Below are positions 11,948-24,985 of a stretch of 64,000 bases of DNA, piece after piece. The position numbers and the translations under genes are program-made. Each line of letters begins with the position of its first letter. The stretch's first letter is position 1. This DNA comes from Ranitomeya imitator (lineage: Eukaryota): assembly GCF_032444005.1 (NCBI RefSeq), contig NC_091290.1:135718001-135782000 (forward strand). Reading direction: 5' to 3'. The notes beneath the pieces were generated by a model. That model was given only the letters and a program-made list of their open reading frames with translations, was not told the origin of the DNA and made no database searches.

Positions 11948-12046
11948 GGCTATCACTATGCTGAATCTCCTGAATGCTTCAAGACAGAATTTTCAGATAA
12001 GAAAGTTCCACCTGCTGTCCCTGTCAGTCCTCCTTCATGTGATCTG
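11948..12046 (+). CDS. IST1: IST1-like paralog A, predicted exon 9 (GYHYAESPECFKTEFSDKKVPPAVPVSPPSCDL)
   Basis: ttgtag/GTGAGT, 99 nt, phase 0-0. Its end resembles the IST1 exon ending HPPQIPATPPSYES. Confidence 0.65.
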
Positions 12047-12095
12047 GTGAGTACTGGCGAGTTTTACATGTTATGTATCTCTCCGCTCTGACTAA

Positions 12096-13040
12096 GGGCT
12101 CTTTCACACGTCAGTGTGTCAGGTATGTGTGGTGACAGTTTTCACACGTACCAGACACACTTACACATGTAGACCCATTTAAGTGAATGTGTCTGCATTG
12201 TTCCCTGCTCTGCTGTCCAGCAGGGAAGAATGTTCAGAGTTGTATTCAACTGATAACAGCAAGAGAAGGCAGTGCCTGATGGGACTACTGCTCCCATCAG
12301 CCTACACCTGCTGCCGCTAATAACAGTGAGAGAAGGAGTGGCTGATTGGAGTATTCATCAGCTGCCGCCTGCACTATAGATAAATAAATAAAACGGCTTG
12401 GGTTCCCCTGTATTTTTGATAACCAGCCAGGCAAAACTGACAGCTGCGGGTTGCAACCCTCAGCTGTCAGCTTCAGCAAGGCTGGTTATAAAGAATAGAG
12501 AAATCCCCATGCTAGTTTTTTAATTATAAGAAATCATTTTAAAAAAACAGCATGGGCTGTCCCCCATTTTTTACAACCAGGTACTCTCAGGCTGGTAAGT
12601 GGCTACAGATATTGACCACCCCCAGCCTAAAAATAGTAGCCTGCAGCTGCCCAGAAAAGGTGCATCTATTAGATGCGACAATTCTGGCACTTTGCCCGGC
12701 ACTTTCCAGCGGTGGCAAGTGAGATTCATATTTGTGGGGTTGATGTCACCTTTGTATTGTCTGATGACATCAAGCCCATGGGTTAGTAATGGAGAACCGT
12801 CTATACGACACCTATCCATTACTAATCCTATAGTTACATGGTAAATATAGACACAGCCAGAATAAAGTCCTTTATTAGAAACAAAACAATTTTCAATTTT
12901 TATTTAAAAAACAACAAACACAGTTATACTTACCACCCATTCCATTGAAGCCCTCGTCTCCTGTAATAAAACAAAAATAAAAAAACAACATCCCTCACCT
13001 GTCCGACGTTCTCTCCCATGCCGTAATCCATGTTTGGGGA
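12096..13040. mobile_element. Truncated Harbinger-type non-autonomous element
   Basis: TAA|GGGCTCTTTCACAC start; the interior resembles that of the 22595-24247 element. Right end uncertain. Confidence 0.5.
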
Positions 13041-13110
13041 TTATTATTATACATTTTTATAGCGCCATTTATTCCCTGGAGCTTTACATGCATTACATTG
13101 AGAGCAGCCA

Positions 13111-13420
13111 GATAGTGCTATGTTGCTTACTCTACAGGTAGAGGCATTATCTACCTGTAGAGTAAGGAACATAGCACTATCTGTGCTTATATTATCTAAG
13201 GGGAAAGACAGGGAGGCAGCACTATCTGTGCTTATATTATCTAAGGGGAAAGACAGGGAGGCAGCACTATCTGTGCTTATATTATGTAAGGGGAAAGACA
13301 AGGAGGCAGCACTATCTGTGCTTATATTATCTAAGGGGAAAGACAGGGAGGCAGCACTATCTGTGCTTATATTATCTAAGAGGAAAGACAGGGAGGCAGC
13401 ACTATCCGTGCTTACGTTAG
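13111..13420. repeat. 71-bp near-perfect hairpin (13111-13181) followed by a 45-bp tandem repeat (x5-6)
   Basis: GATAGTGCTATGTT/AACATAGCACTATC and TTACTCTACAGGTAGA/TCTACCTGTAGAGTAA arms. AGCACTATC recurs at 13173, 13218, 13263, 13308, 13353 and 13398. Confidence 0.85.
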
Positions 13421-13849
13421 TTACAGCGAAAAAGGGAGGTAATACAATCCATAGCTATATTATCTATTGGTAAAGTCAGTAACATAGCACAATCTGTGCC
13501 TTCATTAACTCTATTTGATTAATGCAATTTATGCACAGTGGAGTAGTATGGGGAAATACCATCTGGTTTGCAGCAGTGGTATTTAGTGACAAATAAAGGC
13601 TACTGGAAAAATGCACCTTTATAATTATTTGCTTAGATTTTAAGAGTACACAAATTCTTCAGTGAAAAAAATAAAATAAAAATTGGACATCATTAAACCC
13701 TGCTGTCTTCTTCTGAACTCCTGAAGATGGTGTCTGTGTTGGAGCATACAAGGACATAGGCTTACTATAAAATCTTTGGGACATATGGTAGGTATGTAGC
13801 TATTTTTTAACATTTTTTATTTACTAGAAAACCAAAAAGTGTTCCTTAA

Positions 13850-14179
13850 AGGGACTCTGTCACCTGAATTTGGCGGGACTGGTTTTGGGTCATATGGGCG
13901 GAGTTTTCGGGTGTTTGATTCACCCTTTCCTAACCCGCTGGCTGCATGCTGGCTGCAATATTGGATTGAAGTTCATTCTCTGTCCTCCATAGTACACGCC
14001 TGCGCAAGGCAAGATTGCACCTTGTGCAGGCGTGTACTATGGAGGACAGAGAATGAACTTCAATCCAATATTGCAGCCAGCATGCAGCCAGCGGGTAAGG
14101 AAAGGGTGAATCAAACACCCGAAAACTCCGCCCATATGACCCAAAACCAGTCCCGCCAAATTCAGGTGACAGGTTCCCT
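13850..14179. mobile_element. Palindromic Kolobok/T2-type MITE
   Basis: TTAA|AGGGACTCTGTCACC...GGTGACAGGTTCCCT|TTAA; the two halves are near reverse complements. Confidence 0.85.
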
Positions 14180-14239
14180 TTAAAATATCAGTAGTGGGAC
14201 AGAGCACACTGTACAGGTCATAGGTGGTGACAGTATGGT

Positions 14240-15650
14240 ACGAAACTTGCACACGTGGAAAAATTGCCACATGCACAAAAGTTGCAACACATGCAAAAGT
14301 TGCCTCACACAAAACGTGCACATACTCAAAATGCACCACACATAAAACTCGCCATGCGCAAAACTCACCACGCGCAAAACTCGCCATGCGCAAAACTTGC
14401 CACGCGCAAAACTCGCCATGCGCAAAACTTGCTGCACACAACTTGCTACACTAACCTGTCGCAACTCGACACACACAAAATGTTGCTACACGCATGTCGC
14501 CACATAAAACTCATCTCACACAACTTGACACATGAAACTCGCCCTAAAACACACACAAGTCTGGTATTATCCTTCAAAAATAAAAATCTGCTTAATAAGC
14601 AGATAAACTACATGAGCAACAAATGTACCATATAAGAAATACGGCAGCTATCAGTCACATGACCTGTCTATTATGTGTGTATGTGTGAGCTAATATATAC
14701 TCCGGGGGGGGGGGGGGGCGCCCTGTTGGCTGGGGATTTATCAGGCTGCCAATAGCAACCAATCACAGCTAAGCTTCTATTTTGCTACAGTTAATTAATC
14801 TGAGCGCTGATTGGTTAATATAGGCAACAAAGGACATTCTCAGTATAACAAAGCTTGTGTGAGGTAATAGCATGTCAGTTAGGGTGTGTTGGTGGAAATG
14901 CTGATGTCAGTCTCATTACCTCTATGTGAGAGGATATTTTTACCACAATAATGCCTCATAAGAAAAGGAATTCCATGGCATGAATGTCAGCTGATGCGAA
15001 AAGAAAAGCTGCATTATGGGCCAATGAAAAATGTGAAAACCAAGAAACAAGGCTGACACACATGAGAACAGCAGCTGCTTTCTCAAGAGCCAATTAACTT
15101 TCTGTTCCACATGTAATTGAGGCAACCATTTTGACAGGATGTGCCACAGGAGAAGATGTTTTCATTCCAACAATTCCTCTCATTCCATCAGATTTGCCTT
15201 TTGATTTTAAACGCCTCCAGTTTCCTGTTCGACTGGCATTTGCTATTTCCATCAACAAGGCTCAAGGACAATCCTTGAAAGTAGTTGGAATCGATTTACA
15301 ATCTCTATGCTTTTCTCATGGTCAACTTTATGTGGCCTGTTCAAGAGTTGGAACAGCCAAAAATCTGTTCGTCTTTGCACCTGAAGGAAAAACTAAGAAT
15401 GTCGTTTATCAAAAGGCTCTCGAATAAGTAGTAGAAGATTACTTCACATTACTTGGCCAATTTAGTTAAATCTGTGTGGAATATCTCTGGTGTTGAAATA
15501 TATGTTGTGAAATGCTTCTATTAGCTTAGTTTTTGCCTTTTAATAACTACATTTCTATCTGTTTGTTTTGTGTTTTTTTGTGTGCAGAATAAATTTTTGT
15601 TAACACATTCTATTCTGCTAACAGCAGTTATTAACCCGGGCGAAGCAGTT
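14240..15650 (+). mobile_element. Helitron fragment with the C-terminus of a PIF1-type helicase (15131-15427)
   Basis: Peptide RLQFPVRLAFAISINKAQGQSL...FSHGQLYVACSRV contains Rep/Hel helicase motifs. Boundaries approximate. Confidence 0.8.
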
Positions 15651-15694
15651 ATTAAACTGAACATTTTGCAGTGGTCGCTTAATTTTTGCCAGAG

Positions 15695-15698
<4 letters not shown>

Positions 15699-15764
<66 letters not shown>
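15699..15764. repeat. (TA)n microsatellite
   Basis: Read directly. Confidence 0.95.
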
Positions 15765-15768
<4 letters not shown>

Positions 15769-16009
15769 GTCACAGTTCATCAGTATACTGTACATTGAAC
15801 CTTCAGCTCGTGGATATTTTTTTTCTGGTTAGTTTCCTCATTTCTAACATTTAATCTTTAGTGATAAATATTCAAATCGGGTATATAACATTACAGCTTA
15901 ATTACTGGGGAAATATTAACCTACACACTTCATTACGGTCACTATGACCATACAATAGTCTGATACCTCTTTTGCACTTTTGTCATTTTTTTCATGTGTT
16001 TTAACTTAG

Positions 16010-16042
16010 GACTATGAAAATCAGCCATTATATATACACTGA
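16010..16042 (+). CDS. IST1: Candidate terminal coding exon of IST1-like paralog A (DYENQPLYIH*)
   Basis: Long polypyrimidine tract plus ttag acceptor, phase 0, compatible with exon 9. No homology support. Confidence 0.35.
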   Translation, partial: DYENQPLYIH

Positions 16043-16375
16043 GTAGCATTTCTATCGGTACTCTATGAGGCTATTTAATGTTGCTGATTTTCCATGCAAC
16101 TTGTTTGGTATTTTACACTCACCATAAAGTGATACTTTCTTTCAATTTTTGACAACATTTTATAGTGGTGACATGTCATCCATAATGACGGTCGCATTGC
16201 ACACATTGGAGCCGCCATTTATTCCGGTGGAATAATGAAAATACATATAGTAAAAACCTATCAGTATTCTGCATTCTTCTCAATGCAAAAATGACACATA
16301 ACACATATATAGGGGAACCTTGGAAATTATTTATTTTGATTGAAGAAAGTTAGATCAAGAGCAATTTCTCTCTAA

Positions 16376-17153
16376 GGCTATATTCACACTTAGCGGTTTT
16401 TACCGCGGAACCGCTGCGATTTTGATGCTGCGGGTCCGCAGCAGTTTCCATAGCGTTTACAGTAACATGTAAACCCTATGGAAACCGCAAACCGCTGTGC
16501 ACATGCTGCGGGAAAAACCGCGCGGGAACGCAGCGGTTTACAACCCGCAGCATGTCACTTCTTTGTGCAGAATCGCTGCGATTCTGCACCCATAGGAATA
16601 CATTGAACCGCTTACTTCCCGCATGGGGCTGTGCCCACGTTGCGGGAAGTAAGCGGATAATGTGCGGGTGGTACCCGGGGTGGAGGAGAGGAGACTCTCC
16701 TCCAGGCCCTGGGAACCATATTTGGGGTTAAAAAATAAAAAATCTGGTTATACTCACCCTCTGATGTCCGGAGCTCCTGGGCGCTGCACGCGGCTGTCCG
16801 GTCAGAGTTGCTGTGCGACCAGGACCTGCGGTGACGTCGCGGTCACATGACCGTGACGTCACGAAGGGTCCTTCTCGCACAGCATCTCTGGAACCGGACC
16901 GCCGGGTGCAGCGCCGAGGGATTGGGACGTCAGAGGGTGAGTATAACCACTTTTTATTATTTTTAACATTACTATTGATGCTGCATATTGCTGCATATGC
17001 AGCATCAATAGTATAGGCGGAAACCCGCAGCGGAAAACGCGGAACAAACCGCGATAAATCTGCAGGGAGAACCGCAGTTGTTTTGCCCTGCAGATTTATC
17101 AAATCCGCTGCGGGAAAACCCGCAGAGGGACGCCGCAAGGTGTGAACATAGCC
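16376..17153. mobile_element. Harbinger-type MITE
   Basis: TAA|GGCTATATTCACAC...GTGTGAACATAGCC|TAA. Confidence 0.88.
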
Positions 17154-17170
17154 TAAAGGACTCTCTAAGC

Positions 17171-18744
17171 CAGGGGCCCCCAACCTGTAGATTGAGAGCG
17201 ACATATGGCTTGTAGTCCCATGATTTGTGGTTTGCGGTTGTCTGCCAGCTTGATGCTTTACCTCCAGGCAGGGCCAGCGTTAGGGGCAGGCGGACCAGGC
17301 AGCTGCATACGGCCCCGCTCCTCCAGGGGCCCCCAGCCAGAGGCCTGCTGCTAATAGCAGTAACCACACGGCCAGTATGGGGCCCGGCGTCATACCGCCA
17401 CAACGCGCATTCAGCTTATCGTCTTCATAGATGCCAATACATCTGAAAGCAGTGATGGAGGAGAGAGCGTCAGATGACACTCCTCCCATCATTTCCCCTC
17501 TGCTTATGACTCAGGGGACGCGTGATGAAGTCACTTCATTATACGCCGTGATGTGCCAGCAGTGGAGCCGATGAGACCCGCTGCAGAAGCCAGAGCAGCG
17601 GTGGAACAGGGAGAGGTGAGTATTGTGTGTGTCTGCATTATAGTGTGTGTGGGGTGTGGGCTGCACTATACTGTGTGTGTATGGGGGCTGCATTATACAG
17701 TGTATGTGGGGGGCTGCATTATACCGCATGTGGGGGGACTGCACTATACAGTGTGTGGGGGCTGCACTATACTGTTTGTGTATGGGGGCTACATTATACT
17801 GTGAGTAGGGGCTGCACTATACTGTGTGTGTGAGGGGCTGCATTACACTGTGAGGGGGCTGCATTATACTCTGAGGGGCTGCATTATACTCTAGAGGATG
17901 ACTGCAGTATACTCTCAGGGTGGCTGCAGTATACTCTGAGGGGGCTGCAGTATTCTCTGAGAGGGGATGCAGTATACTCTGAGGGGGTCTGAATTATACT
18001 CTGAGGAGGGCTGCACTATACTGTGTGTGTGGGGGGCTGCATTATACTGTGGGGGGCTGCACTATACTGTGTGTGCGGCTGCATTATACTCTGAGGGGGC
18101 TGCATTATACTCTGAGGGGGCTACAGTATACTCTGAGGGGGGCTGCATTATACTCTATGAGGGGTACAGCAGTATACTCTATGAGAGTGGCTGCAGTATA
18201 CTCTGAGAGGGTCTGCAGTATACTCTGAGGGGGCTGCAGTATACTCTGAGGGGGCTACATTATACTTTGGGGGGTTGCATTATTCTATGAGGAGTGCTGC
18301 ATTATATTCTATGATGGGGCTGCAGTATACTCTATGAGGGGGGCTGCAGTATACTCTATCAAAGACCATGAGGAGTGCATTATACTATATGGGACCTGCA
18401 TTATACTTTATGGAGGACTATCTGTCCGCATCATTCTTCCTCAGCCGGGGAAAGAAACTCGGGAACAAGTGTCGAACGACTTAAATGAGCGCGATCGACA
18501 ATATTGAAGGGTCTGAACTCAGCGCATGGAAAAACAACCGAAACGTTTCTGTGTGATAGTGCAATATGTGAGAATTTGGGGCCCGACTTTAAACTTTTGC
18601 CCAGGGCCCCAACTTTGTCTAAAACTGGCCCTGGCTCTAGGTCTAACAAATAGATATGAGGAGCACATCTCAAATAGTGAATCCTCTGTAAGAGGAGTGG
18701 GACCTGAATGTGGCTCTCAAGCTCAGAAATGTAGGGAACCACTG
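17171..18744. mobile_element. hAT non-autonomous element with a second hAT-like element nested at 17269-18633
   Basis: Outer: perfect 8-bp TSD CTCTAAGC (17163-17170, 18745-18752) and CAGGGG/CCACTG ends. Inner: CAGGGCCAG...CTGGCCCTG with 6/8-matching flanks and an internal GGGGCTGCATTATACT minisatellite. Confidence 0.8.
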
Positions 18745-19915
18745 CTCTAAGCCATAAGTCAGGCATGTGATAAGATAAACTTTATGTGTCCCTTATATGA
18801 AGGAGTTTCCCCAGGGTTGTAACTGTAGCAGGTGCAGAGGTTGCAGTCATACCCAATTGGCCCTGGATTCTACTTTTTCTCATATGGGAAGACAAATATT
18901 AATGAAGACCCATGAAATTTCATGTATGTTTTGAAGGATTTGCATTGGGGACAATGAGCTTCATGTTGCCCCACTGAGGTTACCCATTATAGTTAATTAT
19001 GGTCAAGGACCACAACAGAAAGTGACTTGCTGTACAGTCATAAACAAAAAGAGCTTCATGTTGTGTAGGTACAGACCTGACCAATGGCACAGGGGGCAGG
19101 ACTTGATGTAAAGCAGGTTCATTAGCAAGCAACAAGACTGCAAGGAATGCAGGATGGCAGGGAAACAAGTGCAGCAAGATATATCAGAAGACACAGAGGC
19201 AGGAATGTGGATATACACAGGAACTGTAGTTGCAGAGTCAGTCCAGGACTGGCAGCAAGCAAATGGTTAATGGCCGAGTTCTATGATATCAGTAGAAAGA
19301 TAAATGATGAACAGCAAGCAGAAGTGATAAAGAGGCAAACTAGATAATTTCTTGTTGAGAAGCTCACGCACAGTTGCAACAGGTTGTAGTGTGAACAGCA
19401 CCAGTATTAGCAGAGAATCTTTCAGTATGCTTACAGCAGACAAATGGTTAACTGCAGTTCTGATTACCAATAAGACTCTGCCATATACTTTCATGTACTT
19501 TCATATCTCCGCAGTCCAATATTATGTGGTATAAACCTGCATAATGTTCTATTTATGCTTACGTTCCTTAAGTAAGTGAATATTTCTACATCAGTGTAAT
19601 CATATATTGTACAACTGCAGCAACATCAATTATAATTAACCATTAACCATTACAACTGTAATAAAGTGCATTAAATGCTCTAATAATATGCACTTTAATA
19701 AAGTTAATGTTGTTTCATATTATATCTGTATAGGGGATCTCTATTTCTGGCTTGATAATTAATATAATGCCGCAACCATAATTTGGTCATTTCTGTCCAT
19801 GTTCCATGCTTCACTGCAAATAAGTTACGGTACGTTTTTTTCTCTTGCTGAATTCCTTGTGCAGTAAAAGGTGTTTAATTTTTAATTAGGTATTATACAC
19901 ATTTATAATTTACAG

Positions 19916-20006
19916 CTTTGTGCTGAGACGTCCTACTACATATCAGCGAATACTCTCTGCTGGACACCTGTCATTGTCTTCTGTGCTGCTGGGACTTGAT
20001 GCTCAG
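19916..20006 (+). other. Probable non-coding 5' exon of IST1-like paralog B
   Basis: tttacag/GTGAGT. Cannot be joined in frame to the ATG exon (GTA TTC TAA precedes the ATG). Its end GCTCAG|GT matches the candidate 5' exon of paralog C. Confidence 0.5.
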
Positions 20007-22019
20007 GTGAGTCTTTCACTGTCATACATGATATTATTTGTAAAATGTTATGTTTTTATTGGTGATTGTTCTAAATATAATTGTAAATATCTATCAAGCT
20101 CTCATATTAAAATTGAAGAATGAATCTTGTCTTAGACCATCCAACTCCCCCTCTTCTGCAAAGAGGTAATTGAAGTTAGAATCTAATGGATAGCAGATCC
20201 CCCAGTTTGCCTAGAAATGCAGAGGGTGAAAGATTTATAGGCTTTGCCTGCATGTGTCTTAGAACTACAAACTGATGTGAGCTTCTTTATTCCATTCAAA
20301 CTATTATGTATACTGAGGTTTTTATGAACGGCATAGATATGATAGATATGAAATTCATATTTTCAGAGTTGTGGTGAACGTAATGTCTTACATCACTCGG
20401 TGGTGACCATAACACCTTCAAATTAAATATCAGTTAGATGGATGATGCTATCCATGCTGTGTTTCCTATTTATATAAAGGGGAAATCGTAATAGGAAACA
20501 AGACAGTAATATCTCCCGCCTGGGACCTCCAGGGGGTCAAGATATTGTAGAATTATTAAATCTCGTAATTTTCTAAGACTGAGCCGCATCCTATGGTTTT
20601 CTGAAGACCTGCCCTGTTGAGAGTCACCAGAGGGAGGGTGTGTGGGCGTAACTTGTGTTGATAAAAGCAAATGCCAAATTATATTCTTGGTCAGTCCTGG
20701 GAGATGCAGTTTTCTGTAGTTTTGTCCGTTGCCTCTACAAAATGAACACCTCCCTTTCATAAAAGCCAGTGTCAACACTGCGACAACAGGTTTAGTACAT
20801 ATCTTTTGTTTAACTTTTTTATTTAACATAATTGTTTATACTGTAGTGTTTTGTAACATCTTTGTATATTTTTATAAATGCCGCCTACTTTTTTTGAATT
20901 AAATACATAAAATGTAATAGCTGCGTTCCTCTTTCTATGTAAACCTCATGCCTGAAAGAATACGCTATCTCAATGGGCGTCCAATCGACCTCTGTAACCT
21001 ATTAGTAGTGGCAGCATTTTCTTTTGTTATGGTGGAGCTGGCAGTGACCGTACCGGGGTATATACATGAAAACACAAAAAAGCACAGTAAAACCAAAAAC
21101 ACACCGTTGCAAAAAAATCACAGTGGACAGCAAGTGCCAGTAAAAAGATGGAAAAAAACAGGGTATTTGGTTGATACGTTTTTTGCAAAAAATGTATATT
21201 AAGCCGCTCTAGCAAACGTCAAGGTATACCCATATCAGAGCAGTCCTAACTAATGTATGTGATCCCCATCTGATGTATTTAAAACCTGGTCATATGTACA
21301 ATACCTGTATGAGCAGGATTCAGAAATGTGTTGGAATCAGAGGAGTATATACCATACGCTCACCGTGAGTCCTTCGGTAACTGGCCTTGTAGGGAAAACA
21401 GCTGCAACCTTTTCCGTTACTCTTTGGTCAATCGCCCTGGTGGTTGGAGGCAGCAAAGTGCCGTCCCCTGACAGTGTTGGTGCTTATTGATGCTTTGTAG
21501 AGGTTTCATAAGCCAGCAAAAATGAAAATAGTTCATCTGCAGTGGATGAGTTGGTGCCGTCAAAGCAAATCTATATCCACTGTGTAAGAGCTGCCACTGA
21601 TGAAGGGGCAGCAAAGGTGGAAACTACTCTGGACACTATTTTATGGCTACAATAGTGACAGCCGAGACACAAAATATATCAGACATTTGCAAAATGTCAT
21701 CGTAGAGTCAAGAATAAAGGTCTTGTCTGGGACGGGGACATAATGATGACCATACCATATCCATGGGACAGACTATCAATGTAAGATCGGAGGGCATCTG
21801 ACACCTAGGACCCTAACCGATCGGCTGATATCTGCTCCAGCAGCGGCCAGTTGTAAGCAATGTATGCAGCGGAGAACAGTGTGAATGCTCAGTGTCTGCA
21901 TTAATTAGCAAATATTCTGAACACATATTGCTGTAAAAGAACTAAAGTAAAGGGAATAGAGGAGAATATGAGGACTAACATAGTAACGTGTATAACTGTG
22001 GTTTTCAGGTATTCTAAGC

Positions 22020-22107
22020 ATGTTTGGAACAAAGTTTAAAGCACAGAACCTGAGTGCCAGCCTAAAAAATGTCAACAGCCAAATAGAAAAGGTGAAAGAG
22101 AACAAAA
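22020..22107 (+). CDS. IST1: IST1-like paralog B, coding exon 1 (MFGTKFKAQNLSASLKNVNSQIEKVKENK)
   Basis: Acceptor at 22008/22009, ATG at +11, 88 coding nt, GTAAGT donor in phase 1. 9/29 identical to human MLGSGFKAERLRVNLRLVINRLKLLEKKK. Confidence 0.85.
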
Positions 22108-22594
22108 GTAAGTATAAGTAAGGGGTGCTTATACGTTAAAGAGAACCACCTACCCTGCCACCAATTCTTTATAGTGATATTAATAGGTTTATAAACATAT
22201 CACTGATTCTATATATACTGTGCATATATATATTGTTTAGCTTCTAGTTACACTTAATGTCTTTTATGGAGCTCGGCAGGAGGATGGTCCAAACATCTTG
22301 TAAAACTAACTACAAATCTGTATATGAGGCTTGTGCAAATCCTTCTGTCTCTTCATGTGATCCCAGACAGACTGGATGATGTGAGATCAGGGCTCTGTGG
22401 GGGCCGGATTATCACTTCCAAGACCCCATGACTAATGCAGTGGATGAAGGATATGTCATGCTTCATGCCCTTCCTTCAAAAACTGTTCAAAACCTGATGA
22501 AGGCAACAGGCGGTCACCAAGTATTGATGCAATTTAGTTTTCCCTTTTGTTCATTCATTTTCTATTGTGTTACTTGATAAACATAAACTATTAA

Positions 22595-22829
22595 GGCTGG
22601 AGTCACACTCAGCGTAAGACAATACGGTCCGTATATTACGGCCGTAATACGCTGAAAAGTCCCCGTAGCTCCTCCGTAGGCAGGGTGTTTCAGTGTTTTT
22701 TTGCGCATGGCATCCTCCGTATGTAATCCGTATGGCATCCGTACTGCGTGTTTTTCTCGCAGGCTTGCAAAACCAACATACGGCTATACAAGGGATCCAT
22801 GTGTAAAAAAAAAAAAAAAACATATATAC

Positions 22830-22865
<36 letters not shown>

Positions 22866-24247
22866 AGTGAGGCACATATATGTATATATATTATTACTTC
22901 ATACAGCGCTAGATAGCTTTAAAGCCGGTAATTCAATTACCGGCTTTTGCTATCTCCTTCCTAAAACCCGACATGATATGAGACCTGGTTTACATACAGT
23001 AAACCATCTCATATCACCTTTTTTTTTGCATTTTCCACACTACTAATGTTAGTAGTGTGTATGTGCAAAATTTGGCCGTTCTAGCTATTAAATTAAAGGG
23101 TTAAATGGCGGGAAAAAATTGACATGGGCTCCCGCGCAATTTTCTCCGCCAGAGTAGTAAAGCCAGTGACTGAGGGCAGATATTAATAGCCTGGAGAGGG
23201 TCCATGGTTATTGGCCCCCCCCTGGCTAAAAACACCTGCCCCCAGCCACCCCAGAAAAGGCACATCTGGAAGATGCGCCTATTCTGGCACTTGGCCACTC
23301 TCTTCCCATTCCCGTGTAGCGGTGGGATATGGGGTAATGAAGGGTTAATGCTACCTTGCTATTGTAAGGTGACATTAAGCCTAATTAATAATGGAGAGGC
23401 GTCAATTATGACACCTATCCATTATTAATCCAATTGTGGTAAAGGGTTAAAAAATACACACACATTATTAAAAATTATTTTAATGAAAAAATCACAAAGG
23501 TTGTTGTAATATTTTATTCTACGCTCAATCCACTCACTGAAGACCCTCGCTCTGTAACCCTCTGGCTTTACCACTCTGGCGGAGAAAATTGCGCGGGAGC
23601 CCACGCCAATTTTTTCCGCCTTTTAACCCTTTAATTTAATAGCTAGAACGGCCAAATTTTGCATATACACACTACTAACATTAGTAGTGTGGAATATGCA
23701 AAAAATGGGGCTATGAGTTGGTTTACTGTATGTAAACCAGGTCTCATATCATGTCGGGTTTAGGAAGGAGAAGGACAATTGAATTACCGGCTTTAAAGCT
23801 ATCTAGCGCTGGATGAAGTAATAATATATATACATATATGTGTCTCACTGACATATATATATATATATACCTATTCTATGTGTACACATTTATTCTACCT
23901 ATTCTAATGTAAGCTGTCAGTGTGATTTTACTGTACACCGCACTGAATTGCCGGCTTTTCTCTCTAACAGCGCTGCGTATTTCTCGCAAGTCACACTGCT
24001 GGTCCGTGTGTAATCCGTATTTTTGGGGCTTCTATAGACTTTCATTGGCGTTTTTTTGCGCAATACGGTGACAAACGCAGCATGCTGCGATTTTCTACGG
24101 CCGTAGAAAGCCGTATAATACTGATCAGTAAAATACGGCAGATAGGAGCAGGGGCATAGAGAATAATTGGGACGTTTGTTAGGCGTGTTTTACAGACATA
24201 TTTTCTGCACTCATACGTCCGTAAAACTCGCTAGTGTGACTCCAGCC
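22595..24247. mobile_element. 1.65-kb Harbinger-type non-autonomous element with long internal inverted repeats
   Basis: TAA|GGCTGGAGTCACAC...GTGTGACTCCAGCC|TTA; about 22860-23180 is inverted at about 23560-23870. Confidence 0.85.
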
Positions 24248-24444
24248 TTACACTTCCAATTTTGAAAGCCCCTTATTCTTAAAATACAACATTAAGAAGG
24301 AAAAGTCGTGAAATCACAGGATGGATAGACATGTTAATAATATGGAAATGATGAAAAAGTGGAAGCAAAAATTTAAAAGCATCTTGATTCAGTATCAAGT
24401 ATGAGTGTCACACACATAAATTCCTGCACTTGATGGATGTTTTA

Positions 24445-24806
24445 GGCTATGTTCACACTTTGCAGATTCCACTGCGGATTTTTCCGCAGCAGAATTACAA
24501 AATCCGCAGTGAAAACCCGTCGCGGTTTTTACTGCGGATTTATCGCGGTTTTAACTGTGGTTTCTTCTGCGGATTTTCATCTGCAGTTTTCTATTGGAGC
24601 AGGTGAAAATCCGCAGAAAAGAAGTGACATGCTGCGGAATGTAATCCGCAGCGTTTCCGCGCGTTTTTTTCCGCAGCATGTGCACTGCGTTTTTTGTTTC
24701 CCATAGGTTTACATTGTTCTGTAAACTCATGGGAAACTGCTGCGGATCCGCAGCGGTCAAATCCGCTGCGGATCCGCAGCAAAATCCGCAAAGTGTGAAT
24801 ATAGCC
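24445..24806. mobile_element. Harbinger-type MITE
   Basis: TTA|GGCTATGTTCACAC...GTGTGAATATAGCC|TAA. Confidence 0.88.
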
Positions 24807-24985
24807 TAAGGAATGTTCTGCATACGAATCATCAAGATCCTCTGCTGGCAGCTCCTCTATACCGCTAAATTGTCATGGAGGTGGTGCCACTTTCCTAAAG
24901 AGTCACTCTGTCCTGTCTGATAATCACAGTGTGGGGTCTTCATCAGTGGAATAAACAGTGATCTATTTTTTTTCTACTTTTACAG

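Noticed and set aside
13660-13800. ~140-bp similarity to about 43855-43995
   Set aside because: Most simply two fragments of a dispersed repeat; not linked to IST1 exons.
21594-21635. CCA-CTGATGA...GAAAC...TC-TGG hammerhead-like motif
   Set aside because: Stem II cannot pair and stem III is broken; at most a decayed Penelope remnant.
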